A DNA stretch of 64,000 nt from Octopus vulgaris (lineage: Eukaryota). Positions 1 to 64,000 of the stretch are shown here, piece by piece (positions within the stretch are counted from its first letter, which is position 1; each line of letters opens with the position of its first letter). Both the position numbers and the translations under genes were made by a program. Location of the stretch: contig OX597828.1 in the NCBI GenBank assembly GCA_951406725.2, positions 36,456,001 to 36,520,000 of the forward strand, in the 5' to 3' direction. The notes under the pieces were generated by a model. The model was given only the letters and a program-made list of their open reading frames with translations. It had not been told where the DNA came from and ran no database searches.

Positions 1-580
1 GATCTGTCCTTCCCTGTGTGTGATGGAATGAAAGCGGAAAAGGAATATTTGATTCTATTTCATATATTCATTGTATTTCACAATATTTGATTATATTTCA
101 TATATTTATAACAAAACAAAGTTTAAGGTTCTAGGTGGAAAAAAAAAGGTTATCTGACATATCTAGGTGTATGGTGGTTTTAGACTTGTTTGTCATCCTT
201 GTGTCTTGTATATTTTTCATTTCTTTTTTCATGTTTCAATATTCGATCAGGTTATTGATTGTTTTCAGGCTGTAGAATTCCTGTTGTCCCAACAGAGGAA
301 AATGCATAAGATTGAGACTTAAATAATGTTAAACCATTTTTTTCAAATGCTATGTGTTCAATCCCATAACACGTATGACTTGGAAGCATAGCAGTCGTTC
401 AGGGAAGAGTTTGCACATCATGTACCTAGATGCATAAGTATCAGTGTTTTAGTTGTTTCCAGTTTACTCCTGTTTGGCCTTTGCAAGCATCATTTCTCCA
501 TCGAATTTCTTCACACACATGTACACAGTTCACTGACAGTAATGTTGCATTTAAAGACATTGCTGTCTGTTGTTTCTCAG

Positions 581-62271
<61,691 letters not shown>

Positions 62272-62510
62272 GTATGTTTTCAAATCTCTCCCTCCCTTAA
62301 AACCTTGTTCTTTTACTCCATTTAATTTAATATAAAAATTCATACAGACGTGGCTGTGTGGTCAAGAAGCTTGCTTTAAAACCTGCATGGTTTTGTGTTC
62401 AGTCCCACTGTACAGCACCTTAGGCAAGTGTCTTCTACTGTAGCCCCAGGTTGACAAATTGTCTCATGGGTGAATTTGTTAGATAGAGACTGTGAAATGC
62501 TATCATATAT

Positions 62511-62867
62511 TTATTACATTCACCTTAGTGAAGGTGGCAGTATTGTTTTCAGTCATGTTTGTTTGTTTGTTTGTCCAAGGACAAGATATCTCAAGAACCA
62601 CTGGATGTATTCGGATGAAAAATTCAGATATGTTTGGCCTCATGACTGGCATGAACTGATTAGATTTTGGGATCAATCTGGTACTAGACATGGATTCTGG
62701 ATTTTTTTTTTTTTAAACTTAATTTTTGAGGGCGGTCAAGCTCATTTTTAGTATTCTCATTTGTGAGAGTAATCGAATTTATTCCAGATATTCTCATTTT
62801 AAAAATCATCTCTGGCTAATCGTTGGTGTTGCCCTGGTGGAGGTTTGCGCTCTCTGAGTGCTCTTGT
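62511..62867 (+). mobile_element. Helentron/DINE-1-like non-autonomous element
   Basis: 5' short hairpin (caccttagtgaaggtg), (GTTT)n microsatellite, 3' ggtggaggtttgcgctctctgagtgc stem-loop. Confidence 0.55.
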
Positions 62868-64000
62868 ATTTATTTATGTAAATGCATGCATGTGTGTGTT
62901 TATTTATGTGTGTATATGTTTGTTTGTGTATGTCTCTTCCCCCACTGCTTGACTGCTGGTTTTGGTTTGTTTAGGCCCATAACTTAGTGGTTTGGCAAAA
63001 AAGACTGATGGAATAAGTACCAGACTTTAAAAAAAAAAATGGAGTCGATTTGTTTGATTAAATCTTTCAAGGTGGTGCCCCAGCATGGCCGCAGCCCAGT
63101 AACTGAAGCAAAATAAAAGGAAAAGATAAAATAAAGATATCATCTATGGATGAACTGGTGAATGTGTGTATTTTGTTGTGTTTTACATATTTTCATGAAG
63201 CCAGTAAATTGGAAGAAATAGTAGAATGTCAGACATGCGCAGCTTTTGTTCTGGCCCTTTGTGTTCTGAGTTCAAATCCTGCTAAGGGCAACTCGCCTTT
63301 CAATCCACTGAGGTTTATACAATATAGAACCATTTCAGGCCAGTGCGTTAGTAGTTCATTGTGATAAAATGCTTTGTGACATCTGTTCCGTATCTTTATG
63401 TTCTTACTACCCAGACAAGAGTTGTGAAGTTGTTTATATCTAGCTATCAAGATGGTGTCTTGTAAAAAATAGATACAAGAAGGCAATGGGAAACCACCTT
63501 TGCATTCTCATTAAAATTCCATGATAGCCACATACTGTTTTTCAAAGAATTCACCATGAGCATGCTTCCTAATCATATCGTCTTGGGTTCAGTTCTACTG
63601 TGGAGCACCTTGGGCAAATGTTATCCACTACAGGCAACGAGCGATTAATGACTTCTGAGTGGATTTGGTTGACAGAAACTGAAAGGAGCCTGTTGTGTGT
63701 GTGTGTGTGTGTGTATCCCTTCCCCCAATCCTTGTCTTCTCATCATGTGATGGCTGTAAACACATGTCACCATCATACGAGTGATGTTGTGCATTGTCTT
63801 CTGTGGAAACCATGTCTAGTCTTGAGGAAATATTACCTTACTTGGAAACAGGTGAGGGTTGGCAACAGAAAGGACATCCATCAACACAAAAAAAAAAAAA
63901 ATCTGTCATAACAAATTCTGTCTGAACCATGCAAGAATACAAAAAGTAGACATTAAATGGTGATGGTTCAAAGTGTGATATATTTTTTTATCTCCTATAT

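Overview
This is AT-rich, microsatellite- and repeat-dense animal genomic DNA; the SINE, RTE and MITE repertoire suggests an octopus or other coleoid cephalopod (inference). The whole window lies inside one + strand gene, a CHD1/CHD2-type chromatin remodeller. I traced 24 GT-AG internal coding exons (581-62271, about 1148 codons, phases all compatible) covering the acidic/Ser-rich N-terminus, the double chromodomain, both SNF2 ATPase lobes and the SANT/SLIDE DNA-binding region; both gene ends lie outside the window. The introns hold RTE LINE fragments with a VNTR-bearing 3' UTR, tRNA/CORE-like SINEs, Tc1/mariner relics, TTAA MITEs, Helitrons and a Helentron/DINE-like element. The most notable items are: (1) a full-length 7SL/SRP RNA copy fused to a SINE-type 3' tail and inserted into an older SINE, a candidate Alu-like retroposon in a mollusc; (2) a canonical minimal type I hammerhead ribozyme antisense in an intron, plus degenerate hammerhead motifs in three other element types; (3) a 19.5-kb intron inside chromodomain 1 with a repeat-poor core containing candidate cassette and poison exons and a long hairpin. 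All calls were made by eye, without database searches.
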